This document shows, piece by piece, positions 40,054-49,830 of a DNA stretch of 64,000 nt. This stretch comes from an uncultured delta proteobacterium (GTDB lineage: Bacteria > Desulfobacterota > Binatia > Binatales > Binataceae): assembly GCA_963711565.1 (NCBI GenBank), contig CAVQEQ010000004.1, forward strand, positions 1,312,001 through 1,376,000, given 5' to 3'. The translations under genes were made by a program, and so were the position numbers. The notes below the pieces were generated by a model. The model did no database searches and was not told the origin of the DNA. It was given only the letters and a program-made list of their open reading frames with translations. Positions within the stretch are counted from its first letter, which is position 1, and each line of letters starts with the position of its first letter.

Positions 40054-40755
40054 ATGAGTGAACGGGTTCGCGGCGCGATTGCGCTTGCGCCGGCGGCCGG
40101 GCCGTCGTCGCTCGCGCTGGACTTGAGCGCGGGTGACGGTCTTTCGAGCCGGATGCTGGCGGAGCGCGGATGGCGCGTCGTTTCGACCGAGTATCGCACG
40201 CGCAAGCCCGGCTGGGTGGCCGTCAACCTCGACAACGACCTCCCCTTTCGCCCGGCGAGCTTCGACCTGGTGACGATGCTCGAAGTGATCGAGCATCTCG
40301 CCGACATCCCGCACATGCTCGGCGAAATCGCGCGCGTGATGCGGCCCGGCGGCGTCGCAATCGTCACGACGCCCAATCGCCTGAACGTCAGCTCGCGGAT
40401 ACATTACCTGCTGAGCGGCTACTACAAGGGACGGCGCGCGCCGCTGGCGTACAAATATCGGGTCGAGGACGGGCGCAACTGGCACGTGATGGGCCTCAAC
40501 GACCTGCATTGGATAGCGTGGGGGGCGGGACTGCGGATGGACGCGATCGGGCGCAGCCGGCGCAAGTTGCGATCGCGAATCCTCGCGCCGATACTGTGGC
40601 CGTTCATCGCCGGTTTTTCGTGGATGCTCTACGGGCGTGTGAAAGATCCGGTGCAGCGTGGGATCAATCGCGAGCTGCTCGGCTTCATGACCAGCGCGAG
40701 CCTGCTGATGGACGAAAACATCATCATGCGATTTCGTAAAGTCGAACAGCATTGA
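40054..40755 (+). CDS. Class I SAM-dependent methyltransferase (type 11-like)
   Basis: LDLSAGDG, LPFRPASFDLV, EVIEHL, RVMRPGG, TTPN. Confidence 0.85.
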   Translation: MSERVRGAIALAPAAGPSSLALDLSAGDGLSSRMLAERGWRVVSTEYRTRKPGWVAVNLDNDLPFRPASFDLVTMLEVIEHLADIPHMLGEIARVMRPGGVAIVTTPNRLNVSSRIHYLLSGYYKGRRAPLAYKYRVEDGRNWHVMGLNDLHWIAWGAGLRMDAIGRSRRKLRSRILAPILWPFIAGFSWMLYGRVKDPVQRGINRELLGFMTSASLLMDENIIMRFRKVEQH

Positions 40756-41597
40756 AGACTACCGTCATTATTGCGACTCACAATCGCCCCGACCCGCTCT
40801 CGCGGCTGATTGCGAGCCTCGCGCCCGAGCTCGCTACCGGAGCGCGCGAGCTAATCATTGCAGAGAATGGCACGCCGACGCCGATGCAGCTGTCGCTCGA
40901 AGGTCCGCCGCTCAAGCATCTGCACGAACCGCGCGCCGGGAAATGCCGTATCCAGAATCGCGCAATCGCGGCGGCGACCGGCGAGATCCTGGTTTTTCTC
41001 GATGACGATTTGGTCGTCGCGCTGGGCTATCTCCAGGCGGTTGAGGATTTCTTCGATACGCATCGCGAGTTCGCCGCGATGAAGGGCCGAATCCTTGCCG
41101 CCGAAGATCCCGATAAGAAAGTCGGGGCGACGGCGACGTACCTCGACTTGCCGATCGCCGATCATGGTGACGAAGTGATCGAGGTGCGAGGCGTACTTGG
41201 CGCGAACATGGCTTTCCGTGCGGACGCGATTAAGCAAGTGGGGCCGTTCGACGAGCGTCTCGGTCCCGGCGCAGGTGGGCATGAAGAGGAAACCGAGATG
41301 TCGCAGCGAATGCGGCGCGCGGGGTATCGAATCGGATACGCGCCCAAGGCCCTCGTTTATCATGAAGTCGATCCGGCCCGCGCGAATCGCGAACGGTTCA
41401 TCAGAATCGCGCGCGAGCGCGGCCGATGCCGGATGCTGCATGAGAAGCATTCCGCGGCGGACGTGATTCTGAAGAATGCGATCGCATGGGTGCGGCTGCG
41501 CGTCGCGCAGTTGACGGGCGCCGGCATCCCACGAATCGCGCGCGAGGAGCGGAGACTCGCGATCGCGCGCGGAATGTTCGACGGCCTCGGCGGCTGA
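40752..41597 (+). CDS. Glycosyltransferase family 2
   Basis: VIIATHNR, FLDDD, GANMAFR, FDERLG. Confidence 0.9.
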   Translation: MKTTVIIATHNRPDPLSRLIASLAPELATGARELIIAENGTPTPMQLSLEGPPLKHLHEPRAGKCRIQNRAIAAATGEILVFLDDDLVVALGYLQAVEDFFDTHREFAAMKGRILAAEDPDKKVGATATYLDLPIADHGDEVIEVRGVLGANMAFRADAIKQVGPFDERLGPGAGGHEEETEMSQRMRRAGYRIGYAPKALVYHEVDPARANRERFIRIARERGRCRMLHEKHSAADVILKNAIAWVRLRVAQLTGAGIPRIAREERRLAIARGMFDGLGG

Positions 41598-41606
41598 AGA
41601 CGCGCC

Positions 41607-42731
41607 CTACCCTATCGATTCGATCAGCGCGTTCAGTTCTTTCGCGTAGCGTGCCCAGGTGAATTTCTCGGCGGTCGCGCGGGCTTCGGCTGCGAGGCTT
41701 GCGGGTGCGTCGAACAGCGCGCCGAGCCGAAGCGCAACCTCGCCCACGTCGTCAGGATTTTCGACGCGGAAGCCGCGCATCGAGGGCGGGATGACCTCGG
41801 CGACGCCCGAGAACGCGCTGGTCATCGCGGGCAATCCAGCGGCCATCGCTTCCATCACGACGTTGCCGAACGGCTCGAACAGCGAAGGCATCGCGAACGC
41901 GTCGGCCGCGTGAAAGATTGTCTCGATGTTCGGCTGCGGACCGGTGAAGACGACTCGCCCGCCAACGTTGAGGGCGCTCGCGCGGCGGACGAATTTGTCG
42001 GTCTGGCGATCGGCGCCAGCCACCAGCAGAAACGCGCCGCCCGCGACCAGCGGCCATGCTTCGAGCAGGAATCCCAGTCCCTTGCGCGCGAAGCCGTTGC
42101 CAACGAAGGCGACCACGCGGGCACTGGCCGGCACTATAAACTTCTGGCGAATCGCCGCGCGCTCCGACGAATCGGCGGCGGGACGAAAGCGATCGAGATC
42201 GACGCCGTTGTAGATCGTGACAGTTTTCTCGGGCGCGAGACCGAACTCACGAATCAGATCGTCGCGAACGAAATTCGACACCGCGATCACTCGCTTCAGG
42301 CCGGGAGTCCGAAACGCCTGCCGTTCGACGAGCATCTGCACCTGGTGATACGGGTTGACACGCATCGCAGCCGCACCGAGCGCGCCGCGCCATTTTCGCG
42401 CCGCGCGGAGATAACTGGCATGAGCGCCGCCGCCGGAGCGCATCACGTCCGCGCCGACGCATCGCGCAAAACTCAGCACCAGATCGGCTCCAGCGCGGCG
42501 CGCCGCGGGGGCTGCGGTCCACGCGAATCGCAACAGGGACAGCGTGCGTCCGAGCCTGGGACCTGCGCCGACGCGACGGACATTCCAATCGCCGGTTGCA
42601 CCGCGGATCTCGTCGGCGAAAATCGAAACCTGATGATCCGATGCACGCAGACCATTCGCCGTGACGATCAAATCGCGCTCGGTGCCGCCGCCCGCGCTGT
42701 CGAAACGACGGGTCAGCAGCGCTATCCGCAT
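41607..42731 (-). CDS. Glycosyltransferase family 4 (WaaG/RfaG-like)
   Basis: GGTER, IYNGVD, FVGNGFARKG, EPFGNVVMEAMAAGLP. Confidence 0.9.
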   Translation of the reverse strand: MRIALLTRRFDSAGGGTERDLIVTANGLRASDHQVSIFADEIRGATGDWNVRRVGAGPRLGRTLSLLRFAWTAAPAARRAGADLVLSFARCVGADVMRSGGGAHASYLRAARKWRGALGAAAMRVNPYHQVQMLVERQAFRTPGLKRVIAVSNFVRDDLIREFGLAPEKTVTIYNGVDLDRFRPAADSSERAAIRQKFIVPASARVVAFVGNGFARKGLGFLLEAWPLVAGGAFLLVAGADRQTDKFVRRASALNVGGRVVFTGPQPNIETIFHAADAFAMPSLFEPFGNVVMEAMAAGLPAMTSAFSGVAEVIPPSMRGFRVENPDDVGEVALRLGALFDAPASLAAEARATAEKFTWARYAKELNALIESIG

Positions 42732-42802
42732 TGAATGACGCTCCGCAGATGCGCGACCGCTTGCCGTATGATAATTTTTTCCGCGGGATGTGAGGTGGGG
42801 GA

Positions 42803-44152
42803 ATGATCGAAATTCAATGCACCAGTTGCCACACCCGTTATCGGATTGACGAGCGGGTCCTGCCCGACGATACACCGACCTTCAAGTGCTCGCGATGCGG
42901 CCATGTGTTCAACGCGGACCCTGTTCCCGCGAAGGCACGCAAACCGGCTCCCCAAGCGCCCGAGAGCGAATCGCAGGCGCCGCGCACAATCCGCCCCGCG
43001 CGACCGCGTCCGAGCGCGCTCAAGTCCCCGGTCGAAAGCAACGTCGTCAAGCGCGAGCATAGCGGAGAATTGCGGCCGACGATCGCGCGCAAACCCGAAG
43101 CTCGCCCGCCAAGAGTGGAATCGGAGCGGCGCGAGTCCGCCGAACATCGGACGCCGGCGCCGCTGCCCGATCAGCCCGAAGATCGAAGCGTTAAACCCCC
43201 GCAGGAACCGGAAGCCGACGATCCACTCAATCGCACTTTCGGCGACCGCGATCAGAGAGCCGACACCGGAGAAAATCTGAAATTCGATTTCAGCGACGAG
43301 CGCAGAGAAGTCGATGACGCGCAGCCGGAGGACGAGCTCGAGCGTCCCGAGCCGCACGATGCCGGCTGGCAGGTGGGCGACGTGCCGGACGAGTTCGCGT
43401 CGGCGCCGATTCGCCGGGCGCCCACCATGATGGCCGAGCCTGAGCCCGCTCCGCGGCCGACGCCGACCGCGGTGCGCCGCATGGCTGCTCCGCTGGAAGC
43501 CGAGGCGCCCCGATTCGCAACGCAGCCCGCGCAGGCAAAATCGACCGGGTTCCAGCTGGGCCAGGTTGACGATACGGCCGAGGCGGTATCTCCTGGAGCG
43601 ATTCACGCGTCCGGATTTTTTCTCGCACTCTTTTTCTTTGTCGCGATCGCTTTCCTCGCCGCGAGCGCGATCATCTGCGACGAGCCGCTGGCGAGTGCGC
43701 GGATTCTCGGCGGTGCTCCGCAAATCGGCGGTTACTTCGCGCGGCCGATTGTTCCCGCGATGCTGGTGACGCTGCATGACGTGCGCTCGGAGTATTACAC
43801 GCTCAAGGGCGGCCATGTCGCGCTGGTGATTACCGGCAACGCGCAGAATGTCGGCGAGCGTCCGCTGCACCTGGTCGCGATCGACGCCGATCTGATTGGC
43901 GACACCGCGCATCCGATCGCCAGCCAGAACGTTTACTGCGGCAACGAGCTCTCGGCCCAGATGCTCGGTGAGATGACACCGCGCGAAATCGAATTTTCTC
44001 AGGGGTTGAGCCCGCAGAAGGCGTTCGCGATCGAGCCGTCGGAATCGGTTCCCTTCCTCATGGTGTTCATCGATCCTCCCACGGGCGCCGGCAAGATTAG
44101 AATCTCGGTGTCGAAGGCCGAACCCGGCGCGAGCGCGGAGCCGCAGCCCTGA
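42803..44152 (+). CDS. Zinc-ribbon (MJ0042-type) / DUF3426 membrane protein
   Basis: CTSC...CSRCGHVF N-terminus, long Pro/Glu-rich linker, TM helix, C-terminal beta domain. Confidence 0.8.
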   Translation: MIEIQCTSCHTRYRIDERVLPDDTPTFKCSRCGHVFNADPVPAKARKPAPQAPESESQAPRTIRPARPRPSALKSPVESNVVKREHSGELRPTIARKPEARPPRVESERRESAEHRTPAPLPDQPEDRSVKPPQEPEADDPLNRTFGDRDQRADTGENLKFDFSDERREVDDAQPEDELERPEPHDAGWQVGDVPDEFASAPIRRAPTMMAEPEPAPRPTPTAVRRMAAPLEAEAPRFATQPAQAKSTGFQLGQVDDTAEAVSPGAIHASGFFLALFFFVAIAFLAASAIICDEPLASARILGGAPQIGGYFARPIVPAMLVTLHDVRSEYYTLKGGHVALVITGNAQNVGERPLHLVAIDADLIGDTAHPIASQNVYCGNELSAQMLGEMTPREIEFSQGLSPQKAFAIEPSESVPFLMVFIDPPTGAGKIRISVSKAEPGASAEPQP

Positions 44153-44168
44153 ATCGTCGTCGCCGCCT

Positions 44169-44558
44169 CTACTCCTTCTCGCGCGCGAGCAGTTCGGTGT
44201 ATTCCTCCGCGTCCATCAGGTCTTCGAGATCGCTCATGTCGGTAATCTTCACCTTGATCAGCCATCCGTCGCCGTACGGATCTTCGTTGACGGTTTCGGG
44301 GCTCTCGGGCAGGTCTTCGTTGATCTCGATCACGGTGCCGGTGACCGGCGCATAAATATCCGAGACCGCCTTGACCGACTCGACGACACCAAACGGATCG
44401 TCCTTGCTGACCTTGTCGCCGACCGCGGGCAGTTCGATGTACACGATCTCACCCAACTGGTCTTGCGCGTGATCGGTAATTCCAACGGTCGCGACGCTGT
44501 CTTCAGTGGCGACCCATTCATGCTCTTTCGAATATTTGAGCCCCTGCGGGATCTCCAT
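44169..44558 (-). CDS. gcvH: Glycine cleavage system H protein
   Basis: HEWV, GITDHAQ, VESVKAVSDIYAP (lipoyl Lys), PYGDGW. Confidence 0.97.
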   Translation of the reverse strand: MEIPQGLKYSKEHEWVATEDSVATVGITDHAQDQLGEIVYIELPAVGDKVSKDDPFGVVESVKAVSDIYAPVTGTVIEINEDLPESPETVNEDPYGDGWLIKVKITDMSDLEDLMDAEEYTELLAREKE

Positions 44559-44766
44559 GACTCCTCCGTAGATCGCGAACGGTGCGCATATTTCGTCCGC
44601 CCCGCGCGAGACCGATCGCGATCACATCCAATGCTCATGAAGCGCAGCGGCGCGAGTTTTGTCAAGTTCCCGTTCGTGCCATCGCGGGCATCGGTCACGC
44701 GCGTTACTCTTGACTGTCGCGTGTCGATGGCGTTAGCCGTCGGGCGGACGCGGAGGACCTGATTGC

Positions 44767-45873
44767 ATGAATGTCGGCATCCCCACGGAAATCAAATCCG
44801 ACGAGCAGCGCGTGTCGCTGACCCCGGCGGGCGTCGCCGCACTGCGCACGCACGGTCATCGCGTGATGGTCCAGGCGGGAGCGGGAGTCGGCAGCGGATT
44901 CGCCGACACTGACTATCGCAAGGCAGGTGCATCAATCGTCACGGGGGCGGCGGACGTGTGGCGCCGCGCCGACATGATCCTCAAGGTCAAGGAACCACAG
45001 CCGCCGGAATACCCCCTGATGCGTCCGGGGTTGATCGTTTTTACCTATCTGCATCTCGCCGCGGACTCGCGTCTCTCACGCGAACTGATCCGCCGGCGCG
45101 TGACCGCGGTCGGCTACGAAACGATCCAGCTCGAAGACTCGAGTCTGCCGTTGCTCGCGCCGATGAGCGAAGTCGCGGGACGCCTCGCAATCCAGGCCGG
45201 CTGATGGTGTCTGCAGGCGCGCAGTGGCGGCCGCGGCGTCCTGCTGAGCGGAGCGTCCGGCGTGCGGCCGGGCAAGGTCGTGGTGCTCGGCGGAGGAATC
45301 TCGGGACTGAACGCATGTCGAGTCGCGGCGGGCGTCGGCGCTGAAGTGACGATCATGGATATCAATCCGACGCGGTTGCGCTACCTGGGCGATCTGCTCG
45401 GCGGGCGCGTGACGACGGTGATGTCGAATCGCGCGACGCTGGACGAGGAAGTTACGAACTGCGACCTCGTGATTGGCGCGGTGCTGGTGCCGGGCGCACG
45501 CGCGCCGCGGCTGCTGAGCGCAAAGATGGTTGCGCGGATGCGTCGAGGCGCGGCGATTGTGGATCTGTCGATTGATCAAGGTGGAATCGCGGAGACTTCG
45601 GCGCCCACGACGCATGCGCGTCCGACTTTCATCCGCAACGGCGTCGTGCACTACTGCGTGACGAACATGCCTGCGATGGTGCCGCACACCTCGACCTACG
45701 CGCTCACCAACGCGACGCTGACCTATGCGCTCGAAATCGCGGACCACGGGATTCTCGACGCCGGGATGAACAACTCCGCCATTCGCCACGGCCTGAATAC
45801 CTTTGACGGCCACGTCGTGCATCCCGCCGTCGCGCAGGCGCTCAAGATGAAACCGAACTCACCTTGGCAATAG
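44767..45873 (+). pseudogene. ald: Alanine dehydrogenase with in-frame TGA at 45202-45204
   Basis: VGIPTEIK, KVKEP, FTYLHLAA, PMSEVAGR, then same frame GAVLVPGA, DQGG, YCVTNMP. Confidence 0.88.
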
Positions 45874-45926
45874 CGAGTCGGCTCAATCGCTCTGAGTGGT
45901 TCTGCAGAGCTGCTCCGATTTCCGAT

Positions 45927-46053
45927 ACCTCTCCCCCCGGGAGAGGACGGCGCGCGCTTCGCGCGCCGTGTGAGGGCGCATGCATTCAGCTCGATGCGCG
46001 CGCCCTCACCCGACGCTCGCGGACTCGCATCGACCTCTCCCGAGGGGAGAGGT
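45927..46053. repeat. Repeat family C: composite palindrome with CCTCTCCC/GGGAGAGG hairpins at both ends
   Basis: ACCTCTCCCC-ccg-GGAGAGG...GTGAGGGCGC...GCGCCCTCAC...ACCTCTCCC-gag-GGGAGAGGT. Confidence 0.75.
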
Positions 46054-46058
46054 AAGAG

Positions 46059-46089
46059 CCGGGATTCTTCGCTTCGCTCTGAATGACAC
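46059..46089. repeat. Repeat family D, half copy
   Basis: CCGGGATTCTTCGCTTCGCTCTGAATGACAC, one mismatch to 36645-36675. Confidence 0.8.
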
Positions 46090-46093
46090 AAAA

Positions 46094-46159
46094 AACACTG
46101 GGTGCAGGGGTCACCCCTGCCCAAGGAAGCGTGAAACCCACCGCGGGTTTCACATTCAA
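46094..46159 (-). repeat. Repeat family A, copy 4 (reverse orientation)
   Basis: Reverse complement TTGAATGTGAAACCC-gcggt-GGGTTTCAC gcttccttgg GCAGGGG-tga-CCCCTGC acccagtgtt. Confidence 0.85.
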
Positions 46160-46180
46160 TAAAATGATTTCTCTTTCTTC

Positions 46181-47230
46181 TTAAACCTGATCCTTATCGA
46201 GACTTGAGGTCCACTTGCGCGACGTGCGCCCTTCCCACGCGCGCTTGTGATAGGCGTATCCCACGATCAGCGGCACTGCGATCGTCGCCTCGCAATACAC
46301 CATCTGCTCGTAAGTCGTATCCACCTTGCCCCAACTGCTCGCCTCTTTGAGCGTGCTGCCCGACAGCGCGCCGTCGCGCACGTCGGCCACCGTGATCTGA
46401 ATTGCGTACTTGTGCATCGGCACGTCATGCCCCAGCACTTCGGCTGCGACCACGATGTCCTGCGCGAAATTCTTCGGTACGCCGCCGCCGATCATGAAGA
46501 GCCCCGTGCTTTCATTCTTCACCTTGAGCCGCGTCAGCTCGTAAAAATCCTTGGCACTGTCGAGCGAGACTTTGGGCTTGCCGTGACGGGCCGCCTGATG
46601 CGCCACCAGCCCGAAGCCGGCAGAGCAATCGCTGAACGCGGGACAGAAGATCGGCACCTCTTCGCGAAACGCCTCGAGCACGATGCTCGCGTCCGTCTTC
46701 GCACCGGTCTCTGCGAGATACTTGCCCATCTCGCCGACGAACTCGCGCGACGAATACGGCCGCGGTTCGAGGCTGTCGGTGATTTTATGAATCGTTTCGT
46801 CGCACACGCGCAGTTCATCTTCGTCGATCAGCGTGTCGTAGATTCGATCGATATGCAGTTCGCGCAGCTTGTCGTCGTCGAGCCCGTACTTGAAACGATC
46901 CTCGGCCATCCAATGCTTGAAGCCGAGCGCCTCGAAGAAATCCTGATCGACGATATTCGCGCCGGTGCTGACGATCGCATCGACCATGTGATTGCGAATC
47001 ATGTCGGCGAAGACGCGCTTCAGCCCCGCGCTGATCAGCGATCCAGCCAGGCACAGGATCACCCCGCACTCGCGATCGCGCAGCATGCGGTCGTAAATCG
47101 TCGCCGCGCGATGCAGGTCGCGGGCGCTGTACGCCATCTGCCCCATCGCCTCGACGATCGGCACGACACTGTCGCGCGTAATATCGACGTGCTCGATCGG
47201 TTTCTTCAGAAATTCTGATTTGACGCTCAT
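46181..47230 (-). CDS. Deoxyhypusine synthase-like protein (probably polyamine/homospermidine synthesis)
   Basis: STGAN, DRIYD, CPAFSD, GGGVPKNF, DGALSGSTLKEASSWGK. Confidence 0.9.
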   Translation of the reverse strand: MSVKSEFLKKPIEHVDITRDSVVPIVEAMGQMAYSARDLHRAATIYDRMLRDRECGVILCLAGSLISAGLKRVFADMIRNHMVDAIVSTGANIVDQDFFEALGFKHWMAEDRFKYGLDDDKLRELHIDRIYDTLIDEDELRVCDETIHKITDSLEPRPYSSREFVGEMGKYLAETGAKTDASIVLEAFREEVPIFCPAFSDCSAGFGLVAHQAARHGKPKVSLDSAKDFYELTRLKVKNESTGLFMIGGGVPKNFAQDIVVAAEVLGHDVPMHKYAIQITVADVRDGALSGSTLKEASSWGKVDTTYEQMVYCEATIAVPLIVGYAYHKRAWEGRTSRKWTSSLDKDQV

Positions 47231-47299
47231 TACAGTCCTCGCGATGTATTCGATTTATTCGCCGATACTAAACATCGGCCAGGTTATACGCTACTTCGG

Positions 47300-48118
47300 T
47301 TATTTGATGGGGCCGATTCCGCCCACGCCGGTCCAGTAGAACATGAAATACAGGGTGCCGAGCCCGACCAAAAACGCAAACGCGATCACGTCCGCCGCCG
47401 TCACCGGGTATTCGATAAACGTCGTCGGCTCGTGGCTGAAGCCGAAGCCGCGCGCTTCCAGAGCCATCGCCATGTTGTTGGCCTTGCGCAGCGCGCCCAT
47501 AAAAACCGGGATCACCACCGGCACGTAACGCCGCACGCGCTCGAGCGGCCCGCCCTGGTTGAAGTCATAGCCGCGCAACCGCTGCGCATCGACAATCGTC
47601 ACGGCCGAATCGATAAACAGCGGGACCAATCGGAATGAGAGCGAGATCGCGAAGCTGACGCGATACGGCACCCGCATCCGCTGCAGTCCGTAAGTGAACT
47701 CCTCTATCTTGGTGGTCGAAAGAAACAGCACCGACGCCGCCAGCAACTCCGCCAGCTTGATCCCGCGCCCGATACCGAACTTGATCGAAAGCCACGTCAC
47801 ATCTATCGCCACATGACGCGATCCCCAGTGAAACAACTCCACTTTGAACAGTGGCGTTCCGCGCTGGTAAAAGACCATCCACATCAGCGTGGTCGTGAAA
47901 ATCAAAATTACGAATAGCCAGCGCAGCCGATAAAAATTCGGCCACGAATCGGTAAGCTGCGCGACCCAAAGCATCAGCACCCCGATCGGAACCAGCAGCA
48001 CGATCGGATTGTCCACCCAGTACACCGACCAGAACATGACGAACAGCGAGAACACCTTGACCGTCGGATGCAGCCGATGAACGAAGGTGCCTCTGTCGAT
48101 GTACAGATAAATCGGCAT
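47300..48118 (-). CDS. ECF transporter transmembrane T component
   Basis: HRLHP, AQRLRG and ALEARGF conserved Arg motifs. Confidence 0.9.
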   Translation of the reverse strand: MPIYLYIDRGTFVHRLHPTVKVFSLFVMFWSVYWVDNPIVLLVPIGVLMLWVAQLTDSWPNFYRLRWLFVILIFTTTLMWMVFYQRGTPLFKVELFHWGSRHVAIDVTWLSIKFGIGRGIKLAELLAASVLFLSTTKIEEFTYGLQRMRVPYRVSFAISLSFRLVPLFIDSAVTIVDAQRLRGYDFNQGGPLERVRRYVPVVIPVFMGALRKANNMAMALEARGFGFSHEPTTFIEYPVTAADVIAFAFLVGLGTLYFMFYWTGVGGIGPIK

Positions 48119-49830
48119 CAGGCGCGCCCCTTCACCCAGGCGACGAATTCGTCCGTCGTCAGCGCAAGCATGCCGAAACGGCGGCTCAGCTCCGTGATTT
48201 CCGGCGCCCGAAACGACGACGACCGCAGCAGCTCGTCCTGCATGAAGAACTCGCGCACGCCGCCGTCGAATATCTTCGCGCCCTTGCGCATCAACACGAC
48301 CCGCCGCGCATACTCCGCGACCAGCCACGGCGTATGGGTGATGATCACAATCGCGATCCCCGCGCGGTTGAGGTCGCGCACCAGTTCCATCATGCGAAGT
48401 TGCTCGCGATGGTCCAGCCCCGTAGTCGGCTCGTCGAGTATCAGCATCCGCGGTCGCAGCACGAGGACACTCGCTACCGCCAGCCGTTGCCGCTCGCCCT
48501 TGCTGAGCAGGAACGGGTCGCTCTGCCGCTCGTTCTGGAGGCCGACCGCTTCGAGCGCTTCGTCGCATCTCCGCCGGATCTCGTCCTCGGCCAGGCCGAA
48601 GTTGCGCGGCCCGAACGCGACTTCCTCCTCAACCGTGGCGGCGAAAATCTGATGGTCCGGATTCTGAAAAACGTACGCGACCACGCGCGCCGTCTCCGCC
48701 GGACGCATCTCCGCGCGATCCTTGCCGTCGATCGTCACGCGACCCGCCACCGGCTGCAGCAGCCCCACGATATGCTTGGCCAGCGTGGTTTTACCGGAAC
48801 CATTTTGCCCGACGATCGCAAGAAATTCGCCCGCTTCGACTTTGAGCTCGATCGAATCCAGCACGCGCGGTCCACCCGCGTAGCTGAAGCTGACGTTCTC
48901 GATTCCGATAAACGCGGGAGCGACCGGCATCGAGGACTCGGGCCGAGCATTTACGTTGCCGATTTGATTCGTCGCGAGCCGCGGATATGCGCGCTCGATC
49001 GCGTCGTAAGCCTGCTCGACGCTTTTCGGTTGCGCGTCGATTCCGAGCAGCCCGAGCGCGTGACCGAGTCCCGGCGGACGCACGCCGCATGCAGTCAGCA
49101 GCTCGGTGCGTGCGAACACTTCGGCCGGCGGACCGTCCGCCGCGATTTCGCCCTCGCGCAGAACGACTATCCGATCGGCGGCGCGCAGCTCCTCCGACTC
49201 GTGCTCGATCACGATCAGGCTCAAGCCCTGCGCGCGCAGCTTCGCGATCAAGTCGAAGACTTCCGCCCTGCCCTCGGGATCGAGGTCGGTGGTCGGCTCG
49301 TCGAGCACGATCACCGACGGGCGCAGCGCCAGCACCGACGCGATCGCGAGCCGCTGCTTCTCGCCGCCCGACAGCGACATCGGATCGCGATGCTCGAAGC
49401 CGCGCAGCCCGACGGCTTCCAGAGCGGGCAGGATTCGCCGGTCCATCTCGGCGCGGTCCATCCCAACCTGTTCCATCGCGAAGGCCACTTCGTGCGCGAC
49501 GTTGGTCGAGAACAGCTGCGACTCGAAATCCTGGAAGACCATGCCGACCTTCGGCGCAACGTCGCAGACGCGAAGAACTTCCAGCGACTCGCCCGCGATT
49601 CGTATCACGCCGTGAAAATCCCCGTCCTCGAACTCCGGCACGATCCGATTCAAACATTTCGCGAGCGTCGATTTGCCCGCGCCCGACGCGCCCATCACGC
49701 CGATCGCCTCGCCCGCCGCCTGGGTGAAGCTGACCCCGCGAAGCGCCGGCCGCTCCGCACCGTGATAGGTGAACGTGACGCCCTGCGCCGACACTGAGTG
49801 CTGGTTAGTATTCACTGATAAAGTTTTCAC
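48118..49830 (-). CDS. ECF transporter duplicated ATPase
   Basis: Two ABC cassettes: GASGAGKST/LSGGEKQR/LDEPT and GQNGSGKTT/LSKGERQR/LDEPT; GTG overlaps the S-component stop. Confidence 0.92.
   Translation of the reverse strand: MKTLSVNTNQHSVSAQGVTFTYHGAERPALRGVSFTQAAGEAIGVMGASGAGKSTLAKCLNRIVPEFEDGDFHGVIRIAGESLEVLRVCDVAPKVGMVFQDFESQLFSTNVAHEVAFAMEQVGMDRAEMDRRILPALEAVGLRGFEHRDPMSLSGGEKQRLAIASVLALRPSVIVLDEPTTDLDPEGRAEVFDLIAKLRAQGLSLIVIEHESEELRAADRIVVLREGEIAADGPPAEVFARTELLTACGVRPPGLGHALGLLGIDAQPKSVEQAYDAIERAYPRLATNQIGNVNARPESSMPVAPAFIGIENVSFSYAGGPRVLDSIELKVEAGEFLAIVGQNGSGKTTLAKHIVGLLQPVAGRVTIDGKDRAEMRPAETARVVAYVFQNPDHQIFAATVEEEVAFGPRNFGLAEDEIRRRCDEALEAVGLQNERQSDPFLLSKGERQRLAVASVLVLRPRMLILDEPTTGLDHREQLRMMELVRDLNRAGIAIVIITHTPWLVAEYARRVVLMRKGAKIFDGGVREFFMQDELLRSSSFRAPEITELSRRFGMLALTTDEFVAWVKGRA

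Noticed and set aside
44559-44766. Glycine riboswitch upstream of gcvH
   Set aside because: Conserved GGAGA/CCGAAG/CUCUCAGG elements not found
23444-46159. Repeat A as a CRISPR array
   Set aside because: Copies are dispersed, separated by whole genes, about 65 bp long, and there are no cas genes
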